From positions 2,113-66,112 of the IMG/VR virus record IMGVR_UViG_2823679482_000007: a DNA stretch of 64,000 nucleotides; one strand, given 5' to 3'. Both the position numbers and the translations under genes were made by a program. Below the pieces are notes generated by a model. The model made no database searches and was not told the origin of the DNA. It was given only the letters and a program-made list of their open reading frames with translations. This stretch comes from a virus (taxonomy: Duplodnaviria > Caudoviricetes). This document shows, one piece after another, positions 62,836-64,000 of this stretch (its first letter is position 1; every line of letters begins with the position of its first letter).

Positions 62836-64000
62836 GCGGATGAAGCGCCACAACGGGCGCGTCGATCTCTATTGGGTGGCCGACGAGAAGCTCGCCGCCA
62901 AAGGGTTTACGCCGAAGACGGTTCGCCTATTCGGGGAGTGGCCATCGCAGGAGATCGCCTCGCGCTGCGCGATCCTCCAGGCCGAGATGCTGGAATGGGC
63001 CGCCGGCCGCGAGCCAGGTCGCAACGCATTCGCGCTCGGCACCATCGGGTGGATCTGCCGCGCCTTCGAGACTGACGCCGATTCGCCCATCCACGAGCGT
63101 CGTCGCGACACCCGCGTCTTCTACGGCAAATATATCCGCCACCTGGTCGAAGCCGCCGGCGACGAGCACATGGCCGACATCATCGGCCGCGATGTGCGCC
63201 GGTGGCACCGGACTTGGACGGACGAGATAGGCGAGCGCGGCGCCTACGCCTGCATCCAGACGCTCCGCCGCGTCGTGAACTATGGGTGCGAGCTTCGAGA
63301 CCGCGACGCGATCGAATTGGCCACCGTGCTGTCGAAGACGACGTTCCGGCAGCCGCGCGCCCGCAAGCTCAGGCCGAGTCACGAGATGATCGTCGCTCTG
63401 CGCCTCGCCGCCCACGACGCAGGCAGGCCGAGCATCGCGCTCGCCGTGACGCTCCAGTTCGAGCTCGGGCTGCGCCAGAAGGACGTGATCGGCGAATGGG
63501 ATCGGCCCGACGCAGAGGCACGTGCCCGAATCGCCGGCGCCATCACGGACGGCGCCTGGGTCTGGGATTGGGGCCTCGTCTGGAATCACATCGACGGGAC
63601 GATCTTGCGCAAGCCGACGTCGAAGTCGAACGGCAACGAGGTCGCCGAGCACGATCTCAGCCACTACCCCGAACTGCTCGCCGAGCTGCCCCCACGCGGG
63701 GTTGGGCCCCTGGTGCTCGATGAACGCTCCGGTCTCCCTTGGAGGCGTTCGCACTTCAGTCGCACCTTCCGCGAGATCGCTCGGGCCTGCGGCTGGCCCG
63801 ACGGCATCTGGAACATGGATAGCAGGGCAGGGGCGGTCAGCGAAGCCTTCGAAGCAGGCGCTGCACCGGCCGACGTGATGCGGACCGCTACGCACACGCA
63901 GATGTCGACGACGATGCTCTACAACCGGGGATCGGTGGTTCAGTCGGGTCGCGTGGCCGAGCTACGAACGGCGCGGCGGAAGGCGAAGCCTGCAGACTGA
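62798..64000 (+). CDS. int: Prophage tyrosine integrase
   Basis: FELGLRQKD (R), TSKS (K), NMDSRAG (R), THT..TMLY (H, Y); ends at the window edge with TGA. Confidence 0.93.
   Translation: MPAEHELHAPGLKRMKRHNGRVDLYWVADEKLAAKGFTPKTVRLFGEWPSQEIASRCAILQAEMLEWAAGREPGRNAFALGTIGWICRAFETDADSPIHERRRDTRVFYGKYIRHLVEAAGDEHMADIIGRDVRRWHRTWTDEIGERGAYACIQTLRRVVNYGCELRDRDAIELATVLSKTTFRQPRARKLRPSHEMIVALRLAAHDAGRPSIALAVTLQFELGLRQKDVIGEWDRPDAEARARIAGAITDGAWVWDWGLVWNHIDGTILRKPTSKSNGNEVAEHDLSHYPELLAELPPRGVGPLVLDERSGLPWRRSHFSRTFREIARACGWPDGIWNMDSRAGAVSEAFEAGAAPADVMRTATHTQMSTTMLYNRGSVVQSGRVAELRTARRKAKPAD

Larger units (their letters stand above)
4516..64000. mobile_element. P22-like (podovirus) temperate prophage, apparently intact, about 59.5 kb
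   Basis: att at left, integrase at right, complete packaging/head/ejection/lysis/immunity/replication gene set, no tape measure or tail tube. Confidence 0.93.

Noticed and set aside
1-64000. CRISPR array, DGR or retron
   Set aside because: No regularly spaced repeats, no cas genes and no reverse transcriptase motif among the ORFs.

Overview
High-GC alphaproteobacterial chromosome; a Methylobacterium/Methylorubrum-like host is inferred from GC content, MucR, a DUF6894-like gene and GAAC-N7-GAAC LexA boxes. The window is dominated by an apparently complete prophage of about 59.5 kb (about 4516 to >64000) with P22-like podovirus morphogenesis genes: TerS/TerL, portal, scaffold, coat, gp4/gp10-like, three ejection proteins and a tail fibre. 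It also has a lambdoid cI/cro switch with recognisable operators, a DUF1376 replication module, an exonuclease module and a terminal tyrosine integrase. The prophage sits in a tRNA-Asn(GTT) gene: the duplicated 3' half is at 4468-4515 and the intact tRNA is predicted just beyond the window. A decayed older element of the same integrase family (about 670-4467) lies in tandem and is bounded by a second, degenerate tRNA-Asn 3' half (618-665). Accessory content is rich: LexA-boxed umuDC; a low-GC surface-glycan cargo (orphan KpsM-like permease, GT8-like, GT2 plus discoidin, FkbM, a Hint protein, and a GT32 in the older element), partly bracketed by a duplicated lysis-gene segment; an ankyrin moron; PilZ, MucR and GapR-like genes; a Gp49/Sf6-gp66-family protein; a Cre-like recombinase with a candidate site; and an hsdM remnant beside a 439-aa orphan. 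The most notable sequence-level observations are: (i) two homologous ~85-aa proteins, each near a perfect LexA box, one transcribed head-on into cI with overlapping stop codons; (ii) a 20-bp motif in three copies, each followed by a leader hairpin ahead of a late gene block; (iii) tail-region proteins with apparent Sec signal peptides; (iv) an ejection gene with no canonical start codon (SD plus ATT, in frame with an upstream HNH gene). All family assignments come from motif recognition by eye; no database search was run.
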